Positions 54,159-63,021 of a DNA stretch of 64,000 bases are shown here, piece by piece. The DNA is from an uncultured Gemmatimonadaceae bacterium. Its GTDB lineage: Bacteria; Gemmatimonadota; Gemmatimonadetes; Longimicrobiales; RSA9. The notes below the pieces were generated by a model. The model did not search any database and was not told the origin of the DNA. It saw only the letters and a list, made by a program, of their open reading frames with translations. The translations under genes and the position numbers were made by a program. Each line of letters starts with the position of its first letter. Positions within the stretch are counted from its first letter, which is position 1. The stretch covers positions 2,405-66,404 of the forward strand of contig CAZSBL010000001.1 of assembly GCA_964605205.1 (NCBI GenBank), read 5' to 3'.

Positions 54159-55595
54159 TCAGCCCGGGGCTCCTCCGAGGAGTGGGCGGCTCTCGTCGAG
54201 TCGGGTGCGGAGGTCGGCCTCCGGCAGCGTCAGCAGCGCGGTGACGGCGTCGGGGTCGAGGCGGCGTCGGCCGCCGAGGGTGAACACGCGGAGCACCCGG
54301 GCGGTGCGGTAGAGCTCGTCGGCCACGGCGGGCAGCCCCATGAGACCGGCCCGGCCCCGGGCGCCCAGGCGGAGCACCTCGCCGCCGCGACGGTGGACCA
54401 GGAGGTCGAGGCGGAACATGGCGGGCTTCTCCGGATAGTCGATGAAGACGCACCCCGGCGGCAGCTCGAGCTCCTGGGCGAGGCGGTCTTCCGCGCGTCG
54501 CTTGAGGGGGGTATCGCTGGTGGCCCAGCCGCCGGGCTCCGAGCCCAGATCGGCGGCCACCACCTCCAGCGCCCGCTTGGGGAGGCGTCGGCGCTGGAGG
54601 GCGTCCACGAAGCCGGCGACGCGCTGCCGCGCGGTGTCGGCCCCGTCGGCGCCCGCCGCGAGGCCACCGGGTGGCGGGGCCGGGGCCCGGCCGGCGTCGT
54701 GGGTGCCAGCCCGGTCGGCCAGGAGGAAGAGGAGCGCCTCGTCGGTCTTGCCCACCAGCTCGTCGGCGTCGATGAGTCCGGCTTTCAGGGCATCGAAGAC
54801 GATCCGCTTGTAGAGCACGGTGCCCGCGCGCACGGCGTGGTGCCAGTAGACGTTGCGGAACATCTGGTACTTGGCGAAGAGCAGCGACTCGAGGGCCGCG
54901 ACGCCCTTCTCGTGGACGCCGATCTCCGGCGGCCCGCCGTCGGGCGGGGTGAGCACCATGAGCGCGTGCAGGAGCCGGTCCACGTCCACCTCGCCGTAGG
55001 GGACACCGCAGAACCGGGCGTCACGCTTGAGGTATTCGACCTTGTCCAGGTCCAGCGACCCGCTAACCAGCCCCTGGAGCGGTGAGCCGCTCCGGCCCCG
55101 GATCAGCGACTCCACCCGCTCCACGCCGTCGGGCGCCACCGACTCCAGCGCGGCCCGGACATCCGGGTCGCGGAGGAACCGTCCGGTGAGCGCTTCGTGG
55201 TGCCCCGGGATCAGCGGCTCCTCGATCTCCTCCAGTGCGTGGGAGAACGGGTAATGGCCGACATCGTGGAGGAGACCGGCCAGCGGTACGAGACGTCGCT
55301 CGACCGGATCGATCTCATCCAGGGCGCCCCGCTCCGCCATCCCGTCGATGGCCCGGCGCATGAGGTGGTAGACGCCCAGGGCGTGGTCGAACCGGGAATG
55401 GTGCGCGCCCGGGTAGACCAGGTGGGCGAGGCCGAGCTGGCGTATGTAGCGCAATCGCTGGAACGCGCCACTGTCCACCACGGCGCGGGCGGTCGGCGCA
55501 AGGGTTATGGTGCCCCAGAGGGGGTCGCGGACCACCACCTCGTTGGTGGCGGCCGGCTGGTCGGCGGCCGGTCGCGATGGGGGGATGGCGTTCAT
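54159..55595 (-). CDS. HD-domain phosphohydrolase (dNTP triphosphohydrolase / SAMHD1-like architecture)
   Basis: FQRLRYIRQLG, HSRFDHALGV, LLHDVGHYPFSH and DLDKVEYLKRD blocks. Confidence 0.75.
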   Translation of the reverse strand: MNAIPPSRPAADQPAATNEVVVRDPLWGTITLAPTARAVVDSGAFQRLRYIRQLGLAHLVYPGAHHSRFDHALGVYHLMRRAIDGMAERGALDEIDPVERRLVPLAGLLHDVGHYPFSHALEEIEEPLIPGHHEALTGRFLRDPDVRAALESVAPDGVERVESLIRGRSGSPLQGLVSGSLDLDKVEYLKRDARFCGVPYGEVDVDRLLHALMVLTPPDGGPPEIGVHEKGVAALESLLFAKYQMFRNVYWHHAVRAGTVLYKRIVFDALKAGLIDADELVGKTDEALLFLLADRAGTHDAGRAPAPPPGGLAAGADGADTARQRVAGFVDALQRRRLPKRALEVVAADLGSEPGGWATSDTPLKRRAEDRLAQELELPPGCVFIDYPEKPAMFRLDLLVHRRGGEVLRLGARGRAGLMGLPAVADELYRTARVLRVFTLGGRRRLDPDAVTALLTLPEADLRTRLDESRPLLGGAPG

Positions 55596-55831
55596 GGCGT
55601 GAGCCGGGCTCGCGGGGTGGGGTCGGCGGCCCGGTGGTTCGTGGTGGTCTCTTCGTTCACGGCACGCTCCTCGTTGCAGCTCGTTGGGGCGCCCTGCGGG
55701 CGCCGCAGCGCCAGGGGCGCTGGGGCCGCCTGGACCAAGATAGTGCCGCGAGGGCGGACCCGCCGCAAACCGCGCCCGCAGCCTCGCCGCGAATCCTCAT
55801 CCCCCGATCGGGAAGTGAGACGAAGTCGGCG

Positions 55832-56548
55832 TTACTTTGCGCGCACCAGGCCCACCGTGATGTTATCCGGTCCCCCCGCCGCGTTCGCCGCGTCCACGAG
55901 GGCCCGGGCGGCGGCGTCGAGGTCGTCTGCGTCCTGGAGGACGGCCAGGATCTCGGGGTCGGAAAGGGGGCCGGTGAGGCCGTCGCTGCAGAGGAGGAAG
56001 GTGTCACCGGCCTCGATGGCGAGCTGATGGAGCTGCACGTCGAGCTCCCGGTCCTCGATCCCGAGGGCGCCGGTGAGGACGGACGAGAGCGGGTGGCTCC
56101 GTGCGCGTTCCGGGGGGAGGACGCCGGCGTCGACCTGCTCCTGCACCCAGGACTGGTCCTTCGTGATCTGGTCCAGGCTATCGTCGCGCCAGCGGTAGGC
56201 CCGGGAGTCGCCGACGTGGGCGATGAAGGCGCCATCGTCGTGCACCCGGAGGGCGGTGACGGTGGTGCCCATCCCCTGGAGTTCCGGGTCGGCCCGGGCG
56301 GCCTTGTGGATCGCTTCGTGGGCAGCGCGGACGGCGTCGGCCAGCGTTTCCGCGGCGTCGGGGCCCGGGTCGCGGGTGCGGTCGTCGAGCACGTCGACGG
56401 TGATGCGGCTGGCCACGTCGCCCGCGGCGTGCCCCCCCATCCCGTCGGCCACCACCACCAGGCCACGGAGAGGGCGCTGGAGGAGTGCGTCCTCGTTCCG
56501 GGCACGAACCCGGCCCACATCGGTATGTCCGGCGAAGGTGAAATCCAT
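55832..56548 (-). CDS. PP2C-family Ser/Thr protein phosphatase
   Basis: GHTDVGRVRARNEDA, VVADGMGGHAAGDVAS, LLCSDGL and GGPDNITV blocks. Confidence 0.85.
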   Translation of the reverse strand: MDFTFAGHTDVGRVRARNEDALLQRPLRGLVVVADGMGGHAAGDVASRITVDVLDDRTRDPGPDAAETLADAVRAAHEAIHKAARADPELQGMGTTVTALRVHDDGAFIAHVGDSRAYRWRDDSLDQITKDQSWVQEQVDAGVLPPERARSHPLSSVLTGALGIEDRELDVQLHQLAIEAGDTFLLCSDGLTGPLSDPEILAVLQDADDLDAAARALVDAANAAGGPDNITVGLVRAK

Positions 56549-56845
56549 GGGTGAAGGCTAGATGCGGGATCGAGCGCGGGCAAGGCGGGAACCTCGCGCG
56601 CGCGAGGAGTATTAGGAGGGTGAGAGGGTGGCCGTGCCGCGACGGGAGCCCGGGGAACACCGTCGTCGGACTGGGGTTACTACCAGCCACGGCGAGGGTT
56701 CTTCCGTCCCCCGCGGGGCCCGCGACGGGGACGCCGTACCCTCGGCAGAGACTTTGCAGATAAAGCGTTATAGCGATAAAGAAGCGAGGCCCGTGACCGA
56801 TACTGGGGTCGAGGGCATCGATCAACGAACGGATACGGTACCGAG

Positions 56846-57730
56846 ATGGCAACTGCGACGAAGAGCCGGAAGAAGAAGGCGAAGGGGTTCCGGCCGAAGT
56901 ACCCCGACAACAGCGCTCTCGACCACTATCTGAGCGATGTGAGCGAGCACGAGCTCATCTCGCCGGAACGTGAGATCGAGCTGGGGAAGCGTGCGCAGGC
57001 CGGTGACGAGGAAGCGGTCATGGAGCTGGCGCGGGCGAACCTGCGGTTCGTGATCAGCGTGGCGAAGAAGTACCAGAACCGCGGCGTCTCGCTGGCGGAC
57101 CTGATCCAGGAGGGCAACGTGGGGCTGGTGACGGCCGCGCGGAAGTTCGATCCGGACCAGGGCGTGAAGTTCATCTCCTACGCCGTGTGGTGGATCCGAC
57201 AGGCGATCCTGGCGAGCCTGGCGAATCACGGCCGGAGCGTGCGGGTTCCGCTGAACCGGGCGAGCGACCTGGCGCGGATCTTCCGCGAGCGGGAGCGGCT
57301 GAAGCAGGAGATGGGTCGCGACCCGACGCTGGAGGAGGTGGCTGAGGCCGCGGACCTGAAGCCGAACATCGTCCGGCAGCTGCAGACGCTGAACTCGGCC
57401 GAGGTGCGGCTGGACGCGCCCATCGGCGACAGCGATGACAGCTACCTGGTGGAGCGGTTCGTCCTCGACGAGGCCGAGGAGCCCGAGGAAGACGTGGAGG
57501 ATCGGCTCCTGGCGGAGCAGATCAACCGGGCGCTGGACCAGCTGAACCCGCGGGACGCGAAGGTGGTGCGGCTCTACTTCGGGCTGGATGGCGGCGACAC
57601 GCACACCCTCGAGGAGATCGGGAACATGCTGGGCGTGACCCGGGAGCGGGTCCGCCAGCTGCGTGACCGGGCGCTGAAGCGCCTGCGCGAGGGCGAGCTG
57701 GGTCCGGCGCTGGAGAGCTTCGCCGCCTAG
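56846..57730 (+). CDS. RNA polymerase sigma-70 family factor (compact, 294 aa; paralog of 42136-42996)
   Basis: ANLRFVISVAKKYQNRG...KFDPDQGVKFISYAVWWIRQ and LGVTRERVRQLRDRALKRLRE. Lys-rich N-terminus. Confidence 0.85.
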   Translation: MATATKSRKKKAKGFRPKYPDNSALDHYLSDVSEHELISPEREIELGKRAQAGDEEAVMELARANLRFVISVAKKYQNRGVSLADLIQEGNVGLVTAARKFDPDQGVKFISYAVWWIRQAILASLANHGRSVRVPLNRASDLARIFRERERLKQEMGRDPTLEEVAEAADLKPNIVRQLQTLNSAEVRLDAPIGDSDDSYLVERFVLDEAEEPEEDVEDRLLAEQINRALDQLNPRDAKVVRLYFGLDGGDTHTLEEIGNMLGVTRERVRQLRDRALKRLREGELGPALESFAA

Positions 57731-57733
57731 AGC

Positions 57734-58681
57734 ATGCCGTCCGAGCACGGACAGCTACCCGGCCTCGTACGCTCCGCCGTCGGCGGGACGTACGAGGTCG
57801 AGCTGCATCCGGGAGGCACCTCCGGGGCCGAGGGCGGGGCCCATGAGGTGGTGGAGGCGTCGCTCCGGGGCCGGCTTAAGCAGGAGCAGCGGACGGGGGA
57901 TGCGGTGGTGGTGGGCGACCGGGTCCGGGTCCGGCGTCACGAGGATGGCGGCCACACCATCGAGGCCGTGGAGGAGCGGCGCACCCAGCTGGCCCGACGG
58001 GCGCCGGGTCCGAGGGGCCGACACCGGCCCAAGGTGGTGGTGGCGAACGTGGAGCAGCTGGTGCCGGTCTTCTCGGTCACGCACCCGGAGCCGAGCCTCC
58101 GGATGCTCGACCGGTTCCTGGTCCTGGCGGAGGCCAACCGCCTCGACGCGGCGATCATCGCGAACAAGATCGACCTGGACCCGGACGCCGCGGCGGCGTT
58201 CGCGCCGTACGAGTCCATCGGCTACCCCGTGGTCCACGCCAGCGCGGAGACGGGCGAGGGCGTGGACGCCCTCCGGGACCTCTTCCGCCATCGGATCAGC
58301 GTGCTGGCCGGCCCGTCGGGGGTCGGCAAGTCGAGCCTGCTGAACGCCATGCAGCCGGGGCTGGGGCTGCGGGTCGGCGACGTGAGCGACGCCGTGCGGA
58401 AGGGGCGCCATACCACCGTCTCGTCGCTCCTGATCCCGCTGGAGGCCGGCGGGCACGTGGCCGACACGCCGGGGCTCCGGGAGCTGGGGCTCTGGGGCGT
58501 GGACCTCGAGGATCTCGATGCCTGCTTCCCGGAGATGCGCCCGTACCTGGGCGGCTGCCAGTTCCGATCGTGCACCCACACCCACGAGCCCGGCTGCGCC
58601 GTGCGGGCCGCCGTCGAGGCGGGCGAGGTCACGCCGGCCCGGTACGAGAGCTACGTCGCGCTGCTCGAAGGGGACGACTGA
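57734..58681 (+). CDS. rsgA: ribosome small-subunit-dependent GTPase A
   Basis: ANKIDL, GPSGVGKSSLLNAM, GRHTT, DTPG and the zinc knuckle CQFRSCTHTHEPGCAV. Starts 3 nt after the sigma gene stop. Confidence 0.9.
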   Translation: MPSEHGQLPGLVRSAVGGTYEVELHPGGTSGAEGGAHEVVEASLRGRLKQEQRTGDAVVVGDRVRVRRHEDGGHTIEAVEERRTQLARRAPGPRGRHRPKVVVANVEQLVPVFSVTHPEPSLRMLDRFLVLAEANRLDAAIIANKIDLDPDAAAAFAPYESIGYPVVHASAETGEGVDALRDLFRHRISVLAGPSGVGKSSLLNAMQPGLGLRVGDVSDAVRKGRHTTVSSLLIPLEAGGHVADTPGLRELGLWGVDLEDLDACFPEMRPYLGGCQFRSCTHTHEPGCAVRAAVEAGEVTPARYESYVALLEGDD

Positions 58682-58852
58682 GGGGACCACGGAGACCGGG
58701 TTCGCCGGGGATCCGGAGGCCCCGACGTCGTCTTGACGGGGTCTGACCAGTTACCCATCCCGGGGTACGCTCGTCCATACCAATGAAAGGGGCGGACTCC
58801 GGTACAGATCCCGGCCGCCAGTCGATGGAATCACTGACCGAGGAGCAAGATC

Positions 58853-59776
58853 ATGAAGCTCGTTCGCACGATGGGCGCCGCGACGCTCGCCCTCCTGCTG
58901 ACTCTCCCCATGGCGGCGTGCGACGGCGGCACCGAGACGGAATTCGGCACCATGTCGATCCAGCTCACCGACGCGCCCGGCGAGGAAGTGGTGGAGGCGT
59001 GGGTGACGATCACGGACATTTACCTGCAGGAAGAGTCCGGCGAGAACGATCCGGAGGGCAGCCGGGTGTACCTGCTCGAGGGTGTGGAGGAGACCCACGA
59101 GCTGCTGAGCCTGGCCAACGACGTGGCGGACCTGGTAGTCGGCCAGGAGGTGCCCACGGGCACGTACGGCCAGCTGCGGATGGTCATGTCCGGCGGCTGC
59201 CTGGTGACGGACACGGGCTCCGTGTTCGCCACCGACGGCTACACGGAGTGCGGCGCGGCCGACGGCCTGCTGAACATGCCGAGCTTCGCGCAGAGCGGCG
59301 CGAAGGTGCTGCTGAACGGCCTGCAGGTGACGGGCGGGCAGCAGATCCTGCTCCTGGACTTCGACGTCGAGGACTCTTTCGGCCAGGAGGCCGGCATGAG
59401 TGGCATGTGGGTCATGCAGCCGGTCATCCACGCGTCGGAGATCGGCCTGACGGCCGCCATCGACGTCACGCTGAGCGACGGTGACGTGACGCTGCCCACT
59501 GGCTACGAGCTGGGGCAGTTCAGCGCCACCATGCTGCCGGCCGAGGGCGACAGCTCTCGCGTCGCTTTCACGGACAACGACGGCGACGGCACCTTCGAGC
59601 TGGCGTTCCAGTTCCTGATCCCCGACAACGGCCCGTTCGATGTGCGGCTGAACGCGCCGGACGGCCTGACGGTCACGGTGGATCCGACCTCGCCGGCCAC
59701 GATAGAGCCGGCCAGCGGCCAGACGGCCAACCTGGACTGGGTGCTGCAGAGCGCGTCGGAGACGGCGGGCAACTAA
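58853..59776 (+). CDS. DUF4382-like lipoprotein
   Basis: GAGGAG SD. Lipobox LLTLPMAAC. MSIQLTDAPGEEVVEAWVTITDIYLQ resembles the DUF4382 N-terminal pattern. Motif-level call. Confidence 0.5.
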   Translation: MKLVRTMGAATLALLLTLPMAACDGGTETEFGTMSIQLTDAPGEEVVEAWVTITDIYLQEESGENDPEGSRVYLLEGVEETHELLSLANDVADLVVGQEVPTGTYGQLRMVMSGGCLVTDTGSVFATDGYTECGAADGLLNMPSFAQSGAKVLLNGLQVTGGQQILLLDFDVEDSFGQEAGMSGMWVMQPVIHASEIGLTAAIDVTLSDGDVTLPTGYELGQFSATMLPAEGDSSRVAFTDNDGDGTFELAFQFLIPDNGPFDVRLNAPDGLTVTVDPTSPATIEPASGQTANLDWVLQSASETAGN

Positions 59777-59822
59777 CGGGTCGGCCGGGCGCGTATCGGT
59801 GCCCTCCACCCCACCATGCTAC

Positions 59823-59851
59823 GAGGCCCCCGCCGGAGCGGCGGGGGCCTC
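59823..59851. terminator. bidirectional terminator hairpin between convergent genes
   Basis: Perfect 12-bp stem GAGGCCCCCGCC / GGCGGGGGCCTC with a 5-nt loop, between the DUF4382 stop (59776) and the TonB-receptor stop (59880). Confidence 0.6.
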
Positions 59852-59879
59852 CGTTCATCCCGGGCGTGCCCGGCCTCGC

Positions 59880-62027
59880 CTACCACACCTTCATGCGCAG
59901 GCCCAGCCGGATGACCCGCCCGAGCCCCGGGAAGCCTGCGATGGACTGGTACCCGGCGTCCAGCGCGTTCTCGACCCGGAGCAGCGCCGTAACGGCGGGG
60001 CCCGGCAGCGGGACCACGTGCTCGGCCGACAGGTCGAGGGTGGCGTAGCCGGGCAGCGTGACCCGGGGCGCCGGGAACCCGGCGGCGAAGTCCAGGTCCT
60101 CGCGGTCGCCGACGGCGTTGACCGAGAGGCCCACCGCGCCGTTGGCCAGACGGTAGCGGGCGTCGAGGGTGCCGGCGTGGGCCGGTCGGCGGAGCAGCGG
60201 CTCGCCCTCCACGAAGCCGGCGTCGGTGGCGAGGCCCGGATCGAGGACCTCCGTCTCCAGGTAGGTATACGACGCCGTCACGGACACCCGGCCACCGCGG
60301 GCCCGGGCTTCGACTTCGAGGCCCCGGGACCGGGCGGCGCCCACGTTGTAGTAGCTCGGTCCGCCCGGCTCCGGCGGCGAGAAGGTGTACTGGATCAGCT
60401 GCTCGAACCGCTGGTCGAACCAGGTGGCGGCCGCGGATCCGCCGGCCAGCGATTGCTCGACGCCCACTTCCCAGCTCCGGGCGCGCTCCGGCTCGAGGGC
60501 CGGGTTGCCCACGTCGCCGAAGCCGCTGCCGAACACCTGCATGAACGACGGCTCCTTGAAGCCGCGCCCCAGTGCCCCGCGCACGCGGGTGCCGGCCAGC
60601 GGCTCGACGGCGAGCCCGACCCGGTACGTCTCGAACGTGCCGTAGGTGTCGCTGTCATCCAGCCGGCCGCCGAGGGTCAGATGCACGCCGTCCACGGGCT
60701 CCGAGAGGAGCTGACCGTAGTAGCCGAGCGTGCTCCGGCCGAAGTCGGCGTCGTTCTCGAACGGACCGAACGATGTCTCCGCGCTGTACGTGCTCGATGC
60801 CTCGGCCTCCTCCCACGATACGCCGGCGCTGATCACGGCCGCCGGTGAGCCGGGCCTCAGCCACGCCGGCGCCTCCCAGTCCAGCCGGCCGTCCACCGTG
60901 CGACGGGTCATGTCCCAGCCGAGGGTGGAGGCGTACGTGCCGAGGGTGTCGGCCGGGCTGTCTGGCTCGTCGGTGGTGAGCTGGCTCCGGTCCATGAGCC
61001 CGGCGCGGAGCCGGGCCTCGAGGCCCGACAGCAGTCGGAAGCCGGCCGTGACGGAGGTGGACCAGAGCGTCCGGTCGAGGCGGGCGTTCTCGTCCACCAG
61101 CGCGCCGGCGCCATCCGTGGGAAAGTGGGAGCGGCTGTCGCTGTACCGGGTGCTCACCGCCAGCTCCGTCGTGCCCGGCGTCCACGCCGCCCTGACCGTG
61201 CCCGTGGTGTGGTCCCGCTCGTTGTTCAGCGGGTACAGCCCGTCGGACCACGACCGGCTCCCGCCCACCGTGTACGTCACGTCACCGGCCGCGCCGGTGG
61301 CCGTGGCCTCGGCGTCCCAGGTCGGGTAGGTCCCGGGGCCAGGCGCCTCGCCGCCGGGGCCCGTCGAGCCCGGAGAGCCGGAGCCCGACCTCGCCGAGCC
61401 CGCCGCCCCCCGCTCCTGCCCCAGGCCGCCCGTCAGCTGCGCCGTGATACTCGGGGCGCCGGCGCCTCGCCGCGTGAAGACCTGGACCACGCCGGCCACC
61501 GCGTCGCTGCCGTAGAGCACGCTCACCGGCCCCCGGACCACCTCGATCCGCTCGACCTGGTCGGTGCCGAGATCGGCGAGGTCCACCGCGCCGCCCGGGT
61601 CGTTCACCGCCACGCCGTCGATGAGGACCTTCACGTAGTCCGACTCGCCGCCCCGCAGGAAGAGGGACGTCTGGGCGCCCGGCGAACCGGCCCGGGCCAC
61701 CGTCGCGGCGGGGGTGGTGGAAAGGGCCTCCGCCACCGTGCGGATCCCCCGGCTCCGCAGCTCCTGGCCGGTCCATACCGTGACCGGCGTCGGCAGCGCT
61801 TCCCGGGGCAGCGGGACCCGGGTGGCGGTCACCACGAGCTCCGGCAGCGCGAAGGTGTCGGAGGGCAGGGTGTCGCCGGCCAGGGTGTCGCCGGGGAGGG
61901 TGTCGCCGGGGAGGGTGTCGCCGGGGAGGGCTTCGGCGGACCGCGTGCCGGCGGACTGGGCGGGTACGGGCGTGGCTGCGGCCGCGCAGAGGAAAAGGGC
62001 TGCTGCGGTGGTCATCAAGCTGTTCAT
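59880..62027 (-). CDS. TonB-dependent outer-membrane receptor
   Basis: Signal peptide, plug region ELVVTATRVPLPR...LFLRGGESDYVKVLIDGVAVNDPGG, a 22-strand-sized barrel, and C-terminal RLGLRMKVW. Confidence 0.85.
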   Translation of the reverse strand: MNSLMTTAAALFLCAAAATPVPAQSAGTRSAEALPGDTLPGDTLPGDTLAGDTLPSDTFALPELVVTATRVPLPREALPTPVTVWTGQELRSRGIRTVAEALSTTPAATVARAGSPGAQTSLFLRGGESDYVKVLIDGVAVNDPGGAVDLADLGTDQVERIEVVRGPVSVLYGSDAVAGVVQVFTRRGAGAPSITAQLTGGLGQERGAAGSARSGSGSPGSTGPGGEAPGPGTYPTWDAEATATGAAGDVTYTVGGSRSWSDGLYPLNNERDHTTGTVRAAWTPGTTELAVSTRYSDSRSHFPTDGAGALVDENARLDRTLWSTSVTAGFRLLSGLEARLRAGLMDRSQLTTDEPDSPADTLGTYASTLGWDMTRRTVDGRLDWEAPAWLRPGSPAAVISAGVSWEEAEASSTYSAETSFGPFENDADFGRSTLGYYGQLLSEPVDGVHLTLGGRLDDSDTYGTFETYRVGLAVEPLAGTRVRGALGRGFKEPSFMQVFGSGFGDVGNPALEPERARSWEVGVEQSLAGGSAAATWFDQRFEQLIQYTFSPPEPGGPSYYNVGAARSRGLEVEARARGGRVSVTASYTYLETEVLDPGLATDAGFVEGEPLLRRPAHAGTLDARYRLANGAVGLSVNAVGDREDLDFAAGFPAPRVTLPGYATLDLSAEHVVPLPGPAVTALLRVENALDAGYQSIAGFPGLGRVIRLGLRMKVW
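61854..61928 (-). repeat. in-frame 15-nt tandem repeats encoding (LPGDT)-type pentapeptides x5
   Basis: Protein residues 34-58 read LPGDT LPGDT LPGDT LAGDT LPSDT. The DNA shows GGTGTCGCCGGGGAG-type units. Confidence 0.9.
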
Positions 62028-62184
62028 GGGGTATCCGGTTCGGGTGAAAGATCGATCGTGAACGATCTATTTCGGGGCGTCAGGGCGTAAGTGGTTGTCA
62101 CGGAATCATTTATGGTATTCGTTGACGTGGATGATCGTTCGAGCTCGATGTTTCTGCCGGGAGGAGAGGGGCTCCATCGCGGGC

Positions 62185-63021
62185 TCATGGGGTGCCTCCG
62201 GGGTCCGAGCTGTCGTGGCCGCCGGGGGCGCCGTTGCGGAGGGGGGTGACCTGGGGCGCGCCGGCATCGGGGCCGGGACCGCGGTGCCGGGAGACGGTGA
62301 TGGGCCACCGGTAGACGGCCTCGAGGGTCTCGGCGGTGAAGACATGGGCCGGGGTGCCTTCGGCCACGGGCCGGCCGCGGTCCATGAGGAGGAGACGGTC
62401 GGCGTAGCGGGCGGCGACGTTGAGGTTGTGGGTGACCATGAGGATGGTCACACCGCTGTCGGCGAGGCCTCGAAGGAGCTCGAAGATGCCCATCTCGTGG
62501 GCGATGTCGAGGGAGGCGGTGGGCTCGTCGAGGACGAGGGTGTCGGGCTCCTGGGCGAGGGCGCGCGCGAGGCGTGCGCGCTGGCGCTCGCCGCCGGAGA
62601 GGGTGCCCATGGGTCGTGCGGCGAGGTCGACGACGTCGCAGCGGGCCAGGGCGGATCCGACGGCGGAGCGGTCGGCGGTGCGCTCGCCGTGCCAGGGTCC
62701 GAGGTGGGGGTATCGGCCCATGGCCACGAGCTCCCGGACGGTGAGGGGGAAGACCAGCTCCTCGGACTGGGGCACGACTCCGACGCGGCGGGCGAGCTCG
62801 CGGCGGTCCCAGCCATCCATCGGCCCTCCATCGTATTCGATGGAGCCGGCGTCGGGCTGGAGGGCGCCGAGGAGGAGGCGGAAGAGCGTCGTCTTGCCGC
62901 AGCCGTTGGGTCCGATGATGGCGTAGAAGGCGCCGCGGGGGACGGCCAGGTCCACGCCGCGGACGGCGGGTCGTCCGGCGCCTGGGTAGCGGTAGCGGAG
63001 GTCGGAGGCGCGGTAGATCAT
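62185..63021 (-). CDS. iron-siderophore/cobalamin-type ABC transporter ATP-binding protein (FecE/BtuD-like)
   Basis: Track ORF trimmed to Met 63021 (ATGA overlap). Walker A GPNGCGKTT, signature LSGGERQRARLARAL, Walker B LVLDEPTASLD. Confidence 0.85.
   Translation of the reverse strand: MIYRASDLRYRYPGAGRPAVRGVDLAVPRGAFYAIIGPNGCGKTTLFRLLLGALQPDAGSIEYDGGPMDGWDRRELARRVGVVPQSEELVFPLTVRELVAMGRYPHLGPWHGERTADRSAVGSALARCDVVDLAARPMGTLSGGERQRARLARALAQEPDTLVLDEPTASLDIAHEMGIFELLRGLADSGVTILMVTHNLNVAARYADRLLLMDRGRPVAEGTPAHVFTAETLEAVYRWPITVSRHRGPGPDAGAPQVTPLRNGAPGGHDSSDPGGTP

Noticed and set aside
54159-56548. HD-domain dNTPase-like protein plus PP2C phosphatase as an anti-phage defence pair (dGTPase-type nucleotide depletion).
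   Set aside because: The genes are separated by 236 nt and surrounded by core metabolism genes (pckA, sigma, rsgA). No mobile-element or defence-island context is present. SAMHD1-like HD hydrolases are common housekeeping enzymes. There is no positive evidence for a defence role.
62028-62184. Cobalamin (B12) riboswitch expected upstream of a TonB-dependent receptor that follows a BtuCD/FecCDE-like importer.
   Set aside because: The reverse-complemented 157-nt leader lacks the B12 box (AGYCMGG-AGACC-KGCC type) and the GCCACTG element. It is short and partly AT-rich, so more likely just a promoter region.
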